Positions 11,123-21,246 of a stretch of 32,000 nt of DNA are shown piece by piece; the stretch's first letter is position 1, and every line of letters starts with the position of its first letter. The stretch spans positions 30,524-62,523 of the forward strand of contig NW_008806297.1 of NCBI RefSeq assembly GCF_000400465.1, read 5' to 3'. The position numbers were made by a program, and so were the translations under genes. Below the pieces are notes generated by a model. It was not told the DNA's origin and ran no database searches. It saw only the letters and a list, made by a program, of their open reading frames with translations. This stretch comes from Wallemia ichthyophaga EXF-994 (lineage: Eukaryota > Fungi > Basidiomycota).

Positions 11123-11580
11123 ATGACAAAATCATTTTACTTTCTGCTTTGCACAACATACCACGATCCAGATGTCTGTGGGTTTAATAGCTGGGTGAGT
11201 TGTTCACGCTGTATTCTTTGTTCACACGCTGAGCCATAACACCATAACACACGACACAGAAACGCCAGTGGCAGCTGCAGTCTCTCTCCCGCATCAACGA
11301 GAAGAAGAAGAGGGATTTCATCACCCAAATTACTTCCGGCGTCGCCAAAGATTGGGTGAATGGCGTTCTCAAGGACAAAGAGGGGAAGCTGTACAATCCA
11401 GATTGCTTGCAGGTTGAAGGCACGCCGCTTATTACACACAACCCCCCTGATTCCTCCTACGTTCCTCTCGTCAAGGTGGATGACCACATCGAACTTCTCT
11501 CGGCACAACCTGCCCAAGGCGGCACAAAGAAGCAGAGGAAGCAGAGCAAACAGGGCGGCCTTGATAGCGCAACTCAATAG
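11123..11580 (+). CDS. Small hypothetical protein (exons 11123-11194, 11260-11580; 130 aa)
   Basis: ATG plus a canonical GTGAGT..CACAG 65-nt intron joins in frame to ORF 11356-11580. No recognised family; the start is uncertain. Confidence 0.55.
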
Positions 11581-11705
11581 CTGTACTTTGCTTATATTTT
11601 CTCTCTCTTTTTCCTCTTCAAGTCTATGATGCTTATCACGCTTATTATGTCTACGATATTTACGATATTTACCATGTTTTTCCATCTGCCTACAATTTAA
11701 TCTTG

Positions 11706-13196
11706 TTAAATATTACGCAACCTCTTACTCAGTATCTCCTCCGATTTTGGACTTGTTGGATGACGATATTTGTCTTGATTTCCATACCCACCAGAATCGA
11801 CAAGACCACTTGACGTCTTAGAGAGATCAAAATTGTGCAGAGTCTGCTTGATATGTGAATAAGAATGAGCATACATGCCGCTGCTTTTCCTCGTGGGCAA
11901 ATTCTGAGTATGGGTGTGGGGTATCGACGCACCACTAGCACGCCTCTTGCCCACATTCACCCGTCTATTCCACCACCGTCCCAAAACCCGCTTTACCCAC
12001 GAATCCAATCCGAGATATTCCGCGTTCTGCACTGCGCCCTCCCACTTAACCGCACCGCTTTCGAGGTGGCCCTCCAGAAAGGGTCCATGTCCGAAATAGA
12101 GTGCTTGTACGAGATGCAGCAAAGAGTACGCGTCGGGTATCGGTAGGTATATGGCGCGAGTGTGTGGCATGATATGTGGTATTGTCCGTTTGTGTTTGCT
12201 GTGCATACTGTGCGCAACTCCCTGCTTTAGCATCGCGCGCGTCTCGGATGCTATCTGCTCCGTCTTCTTCATAGTTTCCACTTTTTCGCTCTTTTCGCTT
12301 TCCGATCTGTTCAAATGCTTGTACGCGCCTGCTTCTGCTTCGGCGTCTGCCTGCTCACTCTCCTCCCCCAGTCTGTCGAAAATTGCCTTGAAGAGGCTCG
12401 ATTGGGATGTGAGGAAGTCCTTGTGGAGATGGAGGACAAGTAGGCGTGGATGGGAGTGTGAGTGGGTGTGAGTGTGATTTTGGCTGTAATTCTCAATTTG
12501 ACTCTGAATCTGCTCCGGTTTCAGCGCAGCCCCATCGGCGACGACGGACGTCTTTCTACTGCTTCTCGGGCTAGTCACACTGCTCTTACTGCCGAAAGCT
12601 CGAATGGTCTGTGTGCTGTGTGCGCTACTATTGCTCGCAACGCTAGCGCGTGGGGTTCGTTCGTCGTGCGTGTTGTGGTCGTCGCTCTCCTGCTGACCGT
12701 GATTGTGTTTGTGTTTGTTCAGCGGCGGCCAGAACAGCGTCCGATTGCCACTCCCTTCCACAGCCTCAGCGCGTGCTACATCGTAGTTGAACACCGCTGC
12801 GGACAGTCCAGCTGATGCAGCCGCCGCAGCGGATATGGTGACCTCCGAAGTGCGTCGCGTGGGTGGCGTCTGTGGCGTCTGTGGGTAGAGCAGCGTGTGC
12901 GGCTCACCTTTGCCTTCAACTTGAGCCTCGCACGCGGCATCACACTCACACTCGCACCCCTCGTCGACCGGTATCACTAGCGCACAGTCCGCATGCTCGT
13001 GGCGCTCCCAGTATCGCAGCGCTTGCGCGTGTAGATTGTCGAGGTGCTTCGTGTGGTTGAGTGCGGCGGTGTGTGGTGCTGGCGTACCCGTTATATAGCC
13101 CGTGGGTGGCCCCGTCATCGCCTCTGACGCTCTAGATGCACCGTCCGCGTTCAGCTGCAGTGCTGCTGGTCTCTTGCGCTCACTTGTCTTGTTCAT
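11706..13196 (-). CDS. BTB/POZ-like domain protein with long low-complexity insertions
   Basis: HADCALVIP ... LHLHKDFLTSQSSLFKAIF ... IYLPIPDAYSLLHLVQALYFG ... NAEYLGL match the dispersed elements of a BTB fold. First ATG at 13196. Confidence 0.72.
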   Translation of the reverse strand: MNKTSERKRPAALQLNADGASRASEAMTGPPTGYITGTPAPHTAALNHTKHLDNLHAQALRYWERHEHADCALVIPVDEGCECECDAACEAQVEGKGEPHTLLYPQTPQTPPTRRTSEVTISAAAAASAGLSAAVFNYDVARAEAVEGSGNRTLFWPPLNKHKHNHGQQESDDHNTHDERTPRASVASNSSAHSTQTIRAFGSKSSVTSPRSSRKTSVVADGAALKPEQIQSQIENYSQNHTHTHSHSHPRLLVLHLHKDFLTSQSSLFKAIFDRLGEESEQADAEAEAGAYKHLNRSESEKSEKVETMKKTEQIASETRAMLKQGVAHSMHSKHKRTIPHIMPHTRAIYLPIPDAYSLLHLVQALYFGHGPFLEGHLESGAVKWEGAVQNAEYLGLDSWVKRVLGRWWNRRVNVGKRRASGASIPHTHTQNLPTRKSSGMYAHSYSHIKQTLHNFDLSKTSSGLVDSGGYGNQDKYRHPTSPKSEEILSKRLRNI

Positions 13197-13408
13197 CGTG
13201 TTCAACGGATATACGCTCCCTCCTAACCCCTCTTATTATGCAAAATGTATCTTAATTTGGAGAACAATGGCTTTTATGCAGGTACACGCGGTTATATTTG
13301 GAGTCAGTGATAAGTGATACAAAGGCCATGTGATGAGACGAGCTTTGAGATAATAATTGACGTTACGACTCCAGCTTCCTTTCCTTTTTCCTCATATTTT
13401 TTTATTTC

Positions 13409-15110
13409 TCACTTACGCATTTCCCTGCACACCTTGGCTACGAGAACACCCGCTGCAACAACCAAACCAGCTATACTACCCTTACCCACCAAGCTCACCC
13501 TCTCATCGCGCCTTCTCGAAACCTCCTCAGCATCCGCGTACGATATATCCGGCCTGAAGGTGACTAGCTGGTACAGACTCATCCACCCACTGCTAGCAGC
13601 CGTTGGGAATGGTTCGCGCCGCAAAATCTCCGGCGACGCCACCGCTGCCGGTCTGATTAGTGTGTTGAGCAGGGCATCCAACCCTTTCCTGAGTTTATAA
13701 AGCGGGTTAGTGACTTTAGAGCGCATTTCGACGTAATTGCCCATCGCCAAGTCGACAATACTACGCAGATCACGACTCCTCTCCCGACTGTACCTTTCGA
13801 GAGCGACACCGAGCGGCTGGACAGGTGTCGATTTGTCACTGCGTACACCCGCACTGTCCATCATGGCGAGCAACACGCGCACATCCTCAAACCCAGCATT
13901 CATGCCCTGGCCATAGAAGGGCACCATCGAGTGGGCGGCGTCGCCCAGTATCACTGCACGGTCGGAGTAGTGGTACGGCGAGCACTGGTGCGGGTGCATT
14001 AGTCACTATCTTCGCTATCCCTCTAGCTTTCGCTTGCTCACCCTTATTGTCACAAGTGACCCTTGCGGGTTGTGCGTAAAGTCATCCGCCGCGCACTCCT
14101 CGCCCATCAGAGCAAGTGCGTCGGGAAACTCTCGGCGGAACAGCTCCACGAAGCGGTCTTTACTGTCTGCGAGCTGAGCGAACTTTTCGAAAGGCGCAAA
14201 GAACGTGCATGTGAATGAGCAGTCTTGGTTGGGTAGTGCGATGAGCATGAAGGACTGACGCGGCCAAATATGCAAGTGGTGGGCATCTAGCAGGAAAGTC
14301 GGTCTGCCGAGACCATCAACGGGACCAGCTGGAATGGACAATTCTAGGTAGGCGTGCGGGATGTATTCCTGTGCGTAGTCCATCCTACAAGTGCACAGGA
14401 AAGAGTTGTGAGAAAGTGCTACATGGAGTAGAAATCCCATTCTACCTACCTCATCACCCGCATCAGCTGGTTGCGTATAACGGAATGCGCTCCATCGGCA
14501 CCTAGCACCAGATCCCAGTCTTTGTGCGCGGCTGTCGCGCCATTTTGCTCATAATGCAAAACACGCTCGTCGAACTGCACAGAACGAATTTTGGCATCAA
14601 AGGAGATAGAAACGTTGGGAAGAGACTGAGCTTGAGAAATGAGTGCGTTGTTGAGCTTTTGACGGTCGATTGCATTGATGCACTATTGGAGAGTGAGACA
14701 TTTCCAAGGAGCACAGCCAAAGACGCGCCTCGCCGTTATTGCTGTAAATCTGGCTATCAAGAGAGCCATCGAGGCTGTGTATCATACGCCCCTTCATCGG
14801 AATGGTTGCGTCAGTGATGAGCCTATGATAAAGAAGACCGTCGTCGCTGTCGATGGATTTGATAGCCATAAGAGCTCTAGAAGAGATAGCAAGGTTTATG
14901 GAGCGTCTGGACAGCTTCTGGAGCTGGCTGGGTGAACGTGGGTCTGCGTACGCTGATGAGCTCGATTGCCACACACAAACCAAAGATAGACAGACCAGGC
15001 CTCGATTCATAAATCTGTACATTCCAGCCTTTGCCTGCTAAACCAATCGCAGCTACACAACCAACCAGCCCTGCACCAGATATCACGACTGTGCGATTAT
15101 CGCTTGACAT
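13409..15110 (-). CDS. BNA4: Kynurenine 3-monooxygenase (FAD-dependent; de novo NAD+ synthesis), 4 introns including one GC-AG
   Basis: GAGLVG dinucleotide-binding motif, RSINLAISSRA, LGADGAHSVIR, WPRQSFMLIALPNQD.SFTCTFF, ILGDAAHSMVPFYGQGMNAGFED. Confidence 0.96.
14683..14728 (-). other. Non-canonical GC-AG intron (46 nt) in BNA4
   Basis: The homologous frame ..YSNNGE|CINAIDR.. is restored only with donor GAG|GCGCGT and acceptor CAATAG|TGC. A CTCAC branch-like site is present. Confidence 0.75.
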
Positions 15111-15207
15111 GGCGGTGGATGAGCAACGAGAACGGGAATAAGGATATTAACTAGAGAATAGAGCGCTCAAGGCATAAATTTACTGTAAAATATTTGAATA
15201 TTTCTTT

Positions 15208-15222
15208 CTTCGAGAATCTTCG
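15208..15222. promoter_or_regulatory. Heat-shock element cTTCgaGAAtcTTCg (three alternating nGAAn units) in the BNA4/HSP90 divergent promoter
   Basis: Perfect match to the HSF consensus, 243 nt upstream of the HSP90 ATG. A gapped TTC-N7-TTC at 15388-15400 and TATAAG at 15410-15415 follow. Confidence 0.75.
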
Positions 15223-15464
15223 TCTGGCTCCGTTAAAGCTTCTCCAAGCTGCTCTCTTCGGTTTGACAGTCAACGTCGGTGAGTTGTAAATATGGGGAGA
15301 TGGATGGAGATTGTGAAAGATGAGTTCCCGGTGCACCTCCCATCACTGTCCATCTCTCCACCCCTCCAAACCAAACTAACCACAAGATTCTACAGACTTC
15401 TACGAGCTTTATAAGTAAATTTCTTCTTTGTCCACAACGTCCATCATCTAATAAACCACCAGCC

Positions 15465-17613
15465 ATGTCACAAACGACTCACACATTCCAAGCTGAGATC
15501 TCTCAGCTTCTCGATCTCATTATCAACACCTTCTACTCTAACAAGGAAATTTTCTTGAGAGAATTGATCTCCAACTCATCCGATGCACTCGACAAGGTCC
15601 GCTACTCGTCACTCACTGATCCATCCGTACTCGACTCACAGAAGGATCTCTTCATCAGACTCACTCCAATCAAGGAGCAGAAATGTTTGATTATTCGTGA
15701 CTCTGGTATCGGTATGACCAAGGCTGACCTTGTAAACAACTTGGGTACCATCGCAAAGTCCGGTACCAAGGCTTTCATGGAGGCTTTAAGCGCAGGTGCT
15801 GATGTCTCCATGATTGGTCAATTCGGTGTTGGTTTCTACTCTGCTTACCTCGTTGCCGAGAAGGTTGAAGTCATCACCAAGCACAATGATGACGAGCAAT
15901 ACATCTGGGAGTCTTCCGCTGGTGGTACCTTCACCATCACTCAAGACACCACTAACCCTCCTATTGGCCGTGGTACTGAAATGCGTCTCTTTTTGAAGGA
16001 GGACCAACTCGAATACCTCGAAGAAAAGCGTATTAAGGAAGTCGTTAAGAAGCACTCGGAGTTCATCTCATACCCAATTCAACTCCTCGTCGAGAAGGAA
16101 GTTGAGAAGGAAGTTCAAGATGAGTCTGCTGAGCAAAAGACCGAAGAAGACAAGCCAAAGATCGAGGAAGTCGAAGATGAGGACGCAAAGAAGGAAAAGA
16201 AGACCAAGACCGTCAAGGAGACTGTCAAGGAAGAAGAGGAGCTCAACAAGACCAAGCCAATCTGGACTCGTAACCCACAAGATATCTCAAACGAAGACTA
16301 TGGTGCGTTCTACAAGTCTCTCACCAACGACTGGGAAGACCACCTCAGCGTCAAGCACTTTTCTGTTGAAGGTCAACTCGAGTTCAAGGCTTTGCTCTAC
16401 GTTCCAAAGCGTGCTCCATTCGACCTCTTCGAGACTAAGAAGAAGCGTAACAACATCAAGCTCTACGTCCGTCGTGTCTTCATTATGGACGACTGTGAAG
16501 ACCTTATTCCAGAATACCTCAACTTTGTCAAGGGTGGGTGTGCTGTTTGACTGATTAATATCTACTAACATTTCTACAGGTATCGTCGACTCTGAAGATC
16601 TTCCATTGAACATTTCTCGTGAGACCCTCCAACAAAACAAGATTCTCAAGGTCATTCGTAAGAACATTGTCAAGAAGTGTCTCGAAGCCTTCTCTGAAAT
16701 CGCTGAGGACAAGGAAAACTTTGCCAAGTTCTACGAAGCCTTCGGCAAGAACATCAAGCTCGGTATCCACGAAGATGCTCAAAACCGTGCTAAGCTCGCT
16801 GAGTTCCTCAGATTCCACTCAACCAAGTCTGGTGAGGAGCAAACCAGCTTGAAGGATTACATCACTCGTATGCCAGAAGTTCAGAAGAACATCTACTACC
16901 TCACTGGTGAATCGCTCTCAGCAGTCAAGGACTCACCATTCTTGGAAGTTCTCAAGAACAAGGGCTTCGAAGTTCTTCTCATGGTTGACCCAATTGACGA
17001 GTACGCCGTCACTCAACTCAAGGAATTCGAAGGCCGTAAGATGGTCTGTGTTTCTAAGGAAGGTCTTGAACTTGAAGAGACTGAGGAGGAGAAGACTAAG
17101 CGTGAACAAGAAGCCAAGGACTTTGAAGATCTCTGCAAGTCAGTCAAGGAAACTCTTGGAGAGAAGGTTGAGAAGGTTGTTGTTTCCAACAGAATCCAAG
17201 ACTCACCAATGGTTCTTGTAACCTCCACATTCGGATGGTCTGCTAACTTTGAAAGAATCATGAAGGCTCAAGCACTCCGTGATGCTTCCATGTCAGCATA
17301 CATGGCTTCTAAGAAGACGCTCGAAATCAACCCACAAAACGCTATCATTAAGGATCTCAAGCGTAAGGTTCAAGACGATGCTGCAGACAAGACTGTCCGT
17401 GATTTGACCTACCTCTTATTCGAAACTGCATTGCTTACATCAGGTTTCACACTCGATGACCCAACCTCATTCGCTAAGCGTATCAACAGAATGGTGTCAC
17501 TTGGTCTCTCAATCGACGAAACTGAGGCCGTTCCTGCCGCTGCCACCGACAACAAGGACGATGTTCCAGCACTTGAAGGTGAAGGCGCTGGTGCAATGGA
17601 AGAAATTGATTAA
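15465..17613 (+). CDS. HSP90: Cytosolic Hsp90 (one 46-nt intron, 16534-16579)
   Basis: [58 protein letters not shown]|[15 protein letters not shown]-terminal MEEID. Confidence 0.99.
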
Positions 17614-17954
17614 AATTAATATTTGCATATAGCTTTTCTTTTCAGGTGTATCATAAATTTTATCCTTTTGATGATAATTTTGGGTTCATGTGGGTATCAA
17701 TATTATTGACTTGCCTTTGAGTTGCATTGTGTCAGCTGATAATGTGCTGCTCATTTGCACACAAACACTCCAAATATGTGCAGGAAAAGACGCGAAATGT
17801 ATCAAAAGTTAAGGAAGATATAAGTGTTCAAAGATTCTAGAGACCGCGCCGCGGGTATGTGAAAAATATCAGAGGGTAAAGTGACTGTGAAAGGTAATCC
17901 AATTGCCAAACGATTCGGTCAGCTGTATCGAAGTTTAAAATTTGCTATCCACAC

Positions 17955-18930
17955 TTAGTGAGAGGCATCAGCGTGGTGACGACGACGCTTAGCGTTAGTA
18001 CCGCCGTTGTTTGATGCACCCCAGTAGAGTGCTGGTCCGACTTTGTTGACGTCGTAATAGAAGTTCTGTTGGTATACATCGACCTGCTCAGACTCCCAGT
18101 TGTACAATTCACCAGCAGGAGTCAAAGCTGGGAATGGAGAGCCATTCGGAGTGGAGCTCTCGATGTTTAACTGAATACAGGCTGGATAGTGCTGTGGAGC
18201 CCACATGTTGTGGTAGCTAATGTGCTCAACTCTAAGCAAGTATTGAGCAGCTGGGATATCAGCAGGGATCTGCATAGCCATCCATGAACCCTCTTGGAGC
18301 ATAGACTTTGTTCCACCCCACAGACCATAGCCATTTGAACCGCCGGCGGGCATGTGGTCGATCCAGCCTTGCTCATTTGGAACAGACATATCATGGCCAT
18401 CTTGGAATATCTTGAAGTAGCTGGCGTCTGCTGAATTGAACGAGGTGCAGTCGTTGTTGTCACATGGTGCCATGTATCCCATGACGGCACCTACTGGGTG
18501 AGGCCATGAATTACCGTTTGGACCTGCACTGCCTTCCCAGTGCACATTGACATATGAGCCCGCTTGAGTGGTGACAACTGTTGGTCTATTTTATTGTCAG
18601 CCAAATCGAGACATCGCAAGCGCGACTCACGTTGGTGATTGTCCAGCTGAGCCACAAGAAATCAGAGATGGGTTGTAAATGCCGTCACCACCGACATAAC
18701 CAGTGTCAGCCGGGAATCTAAAGAAAGAATAACCGTCAGCGAACAGCGAACAAAGCGCGGCGATATCCCCGAACTCACTGTCTGACTGCGGAGTTCGCAT
18801 TTCTAGCGGAAGCCCAGTTGTCGGCACCTTGGTAGTCTTGGTAGTTGGCACTGAAGACATCTACAGTACCGTGAGCAGCAGCTGCTGCGATTATTGAGGC
18901 GACGAGCGCGATATTTGATTTGTTGAACAT
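17955..18930 (-). CDS. Secreted AA9 (GH61) lytic polysaccharide monooxygenase; exons 18930-18779, 18717-18631, 18585-17955; 289 aa
   Basis: A 19-aa signal peptide places His at mature position 1 (AAAAA|HGTV). Second His in WPHPVGAVMGYMAPC; EHISYH....QHYPAC carries the second-sphere His/Gln and axial Tyr. Confidence 0.88.
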
Positions 18931-20336
18931 TTGGTTGTCTTGTATTAGTGAGTGTGTTGGTTTTGAAACTAACGAATGTGGATGGCGGCCTAGGAGGTTT
19001 AATTTAGTGTTAACTGTAGTTCGTCGTTGTTTTCCGTTGAGGAAGTCGCAGTTAATAACACAGCCGAGGTCAATGCACGGTAGGAACGCAGAGTCATCAT
19101 GAGATCCAGACTTTGCTACTATAAAAGGCAACTAGTGACAAATGCTGCATTTGCACGTGTGTTATTCCGATGATATTGTTCCACCATCCCTCAGACGGTT
19201 TTCCTTCATCTTTGCGCTTGTATTTAGCGCGGAACTGATCATCTTAAACCCTGAAAATCCCTGAGAATCCCGCTTATGGTTCCCAAAATAGCGCGTCCGA
19301 AGTCTTCTTCAGAGAGCCTTTAGGTATGGCATGTGCAATCACGGTCATATCGAAAATTTAGACTAAAGATGCAGCCGAGTCTCAGGTGATTCTTCGATTT
19401 GCGTCCGCAAAGCTATTGCCACAAGCTGCGCATTGCGGCCACTAGACTGTGCTAATGTTTTGATCACTAATGCTATATGCATATGCATGCACAAAAATAC
19501 ACGCGGTCAAAGCTTGAGACATGATCTGTTGGGGATACTTGGGGTTGCTTGAAGTGACACTCTATACCATTTTTCCTTATCAGGACTGTGTTCAGGTCGC
19601 TTTTGTGTTGAATATTAATATTGCCGCGGGTTCAGGGTGTTCTCTATCTAACCTAGGGTGGCAGAGGGTTTACCGGTAGCTGATGAAAGCATTTTCAACG
19701 CATTTCTTGTCCCACTACTCTTGGAAATCTACGCTGCTAAGTTTGGAAGCTTCGGCATCTTCTAGACGTACGGCAGCTGGAACAGGAGGAAGGAAACATA
19801 TAATCGTAAGGCACTCGATTGGTCAAAGGTATGCTCAAATCTCACAATACGAGTCGCTCTTGGAAATTGCTCGAGCATGTCTCTGAAAATGATATCACTG
19901 CCACGCTCGATATGGCTTCCTGAGCCTCAGTTGCCGTGAGCAAATACCATCATTGCCATTAAATAGAATAACGATTTCGTAACAAAAACATGTATTTCAT
20001 TGTAAATAAGTGATACATTTAACTGTAATTTTACATCCGTCTGGCTTTTCACACATAAAGAAACGGCCACAAAGCGCCGCAAGAAGTCTAAGCAGCCTGT
20101 AGCTAAGCAAAGAAGCAACACATTCCAAATCAGTAGATGACCCGATGAACTACTTCTGCTTATCATTCAATTAAGTTCTGAGTACATGTTGTCAGTAACA
20201 TGCAAACAATTCAAATGTTTATTAAGCCCCGATACTTTGATAATCTGTTATCACCACCTTATCTCTGCAATTTCAACAACACTATGACGCAGTTTTTGAT
20301 CGCCCACTCAACCACTTCAAGCCCCTTGTGTTGCTC

Positions 20337-20745
20337 ATGAATAGCATAAGAGTTATTCCAAACAGAATAATTTTTATCAAGTAGGCGTAAAATGCTCGAT
20401 CGCACTTTTTTCACTTCTAGCTGCTCGAATTGCTTTATCGCTAGGTCATATTACTATTTTCAGGCAGTACAGTTCCTACTGAATTGCTTCACATATACAC
20501 CTAATTTGGTTATATATGACGTGAAACCCAGCAAATTGTGCATCTTATACTCAACAGTTGTCGATGATTTGACCATTTTTCCATTCGAACCCAATAATTA
20601 CCTATTGGCTCCCGCCGTTCCCATTCCCGAATTTCAAAAGGCTTTGACTGCATTCCAGGTTACCTGTTGATTGCAGTACTGATATCACTTTCAGTGGCGA
20701 CGGCCGGGATATCTTCGGAAACAGATTGGCTGGTTTTCACGCTAA
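20337..20745 (+). other. Possible cryptic spliced orphan ORF or gene relic (20337-20380, 20421-20658, 20695-20745; 110 aa)
   Basis: Two GT..AG segments (40 and 36 nt) with pyrimidine-rich 3' ends join ORF pieces in frame. No homology recognised. Confidence 0.22.
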
Positions 20746-20997
20746 ATTACACAAACATTTGAAAAACATCGTATTATTGGATTACAGAATGAGATCACCT
20801 CGTAATACCAACCCAGCTCTTATAATCCGAGCAATCGCTTTAGCAAAATTTACATTCAAGTTCATCATTTGCGAATATGACTTACCGTCATACTATAAGA
20901 CTGAGCACAATTGACAACTCCTCGACAGAACTAATATGCTAGCCCGTTAAAATATCACATCAAAATGATACAAAAATGTTTTAACATCAAAAAATTT

Positions 20998-21070
20998 AGC
21001 CCCACGCGGGGCTCGAACCCGCAGCCTTGTGATTAAGAGTCACACGCTCTACCGATTGAGCTAGCGAGGC
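20998..21070 (-). tRNA. tRNA-Lys(CUU), intronless, 73 nt
   Basis: GCCTCGC acceptor stem pairs with GTGGGGC. A-box TAGCTCAATCGG, anticodon arm TGTGA-CT-CTT-AA-TCACA, B-box GGTTCGAGCC, downstream T6 Pol III terminator. Confidence 0.97.
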
Positions 21071-21246
21071 TTATGATTATGTTTTTAAAAGCACGTATAT
21101 ATTCGTCTTTTTTTACGCATATTTTTCCTGGAATCGCCAAATCTTCAGTTTTTGCTTGTAATATTGCGGAATCAAGTTCCTAGCCCAACAAGAGACTTAC
21201 TATGCTATTTTGTTGTTGAATTTGAGTTCAATAAAGTGTATACGGT

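Noticed and set aside
16102-16554. 150-aa Lys/Arg/Ser-rich +1-frame ORF inside HSP90, plus similar ones to 17261
   Set aside because: By-product of strong codon bias (AAG/GAA/GAG) in a highly expressed gene.
17596-17613. Hsp90 ends in MEEID rather than MEEVD
   Set aside because: Conservative variant that I recall from other fungal Hsp90s; unlikely to be novel.
19120-19127. Strong TATAAAAG on the + strand
   Set aside because: Followed only by a 40-codon ORF with no supportable gene model, and oriented away from the LPMO.
19927-20166. 79-aa hydrophobic ORF on the minus strand and neighbouring fragments near 19750-19900
   Set aside because: No consistent exon chain or recognisable homology; length is within chance for AT-rich DNA.
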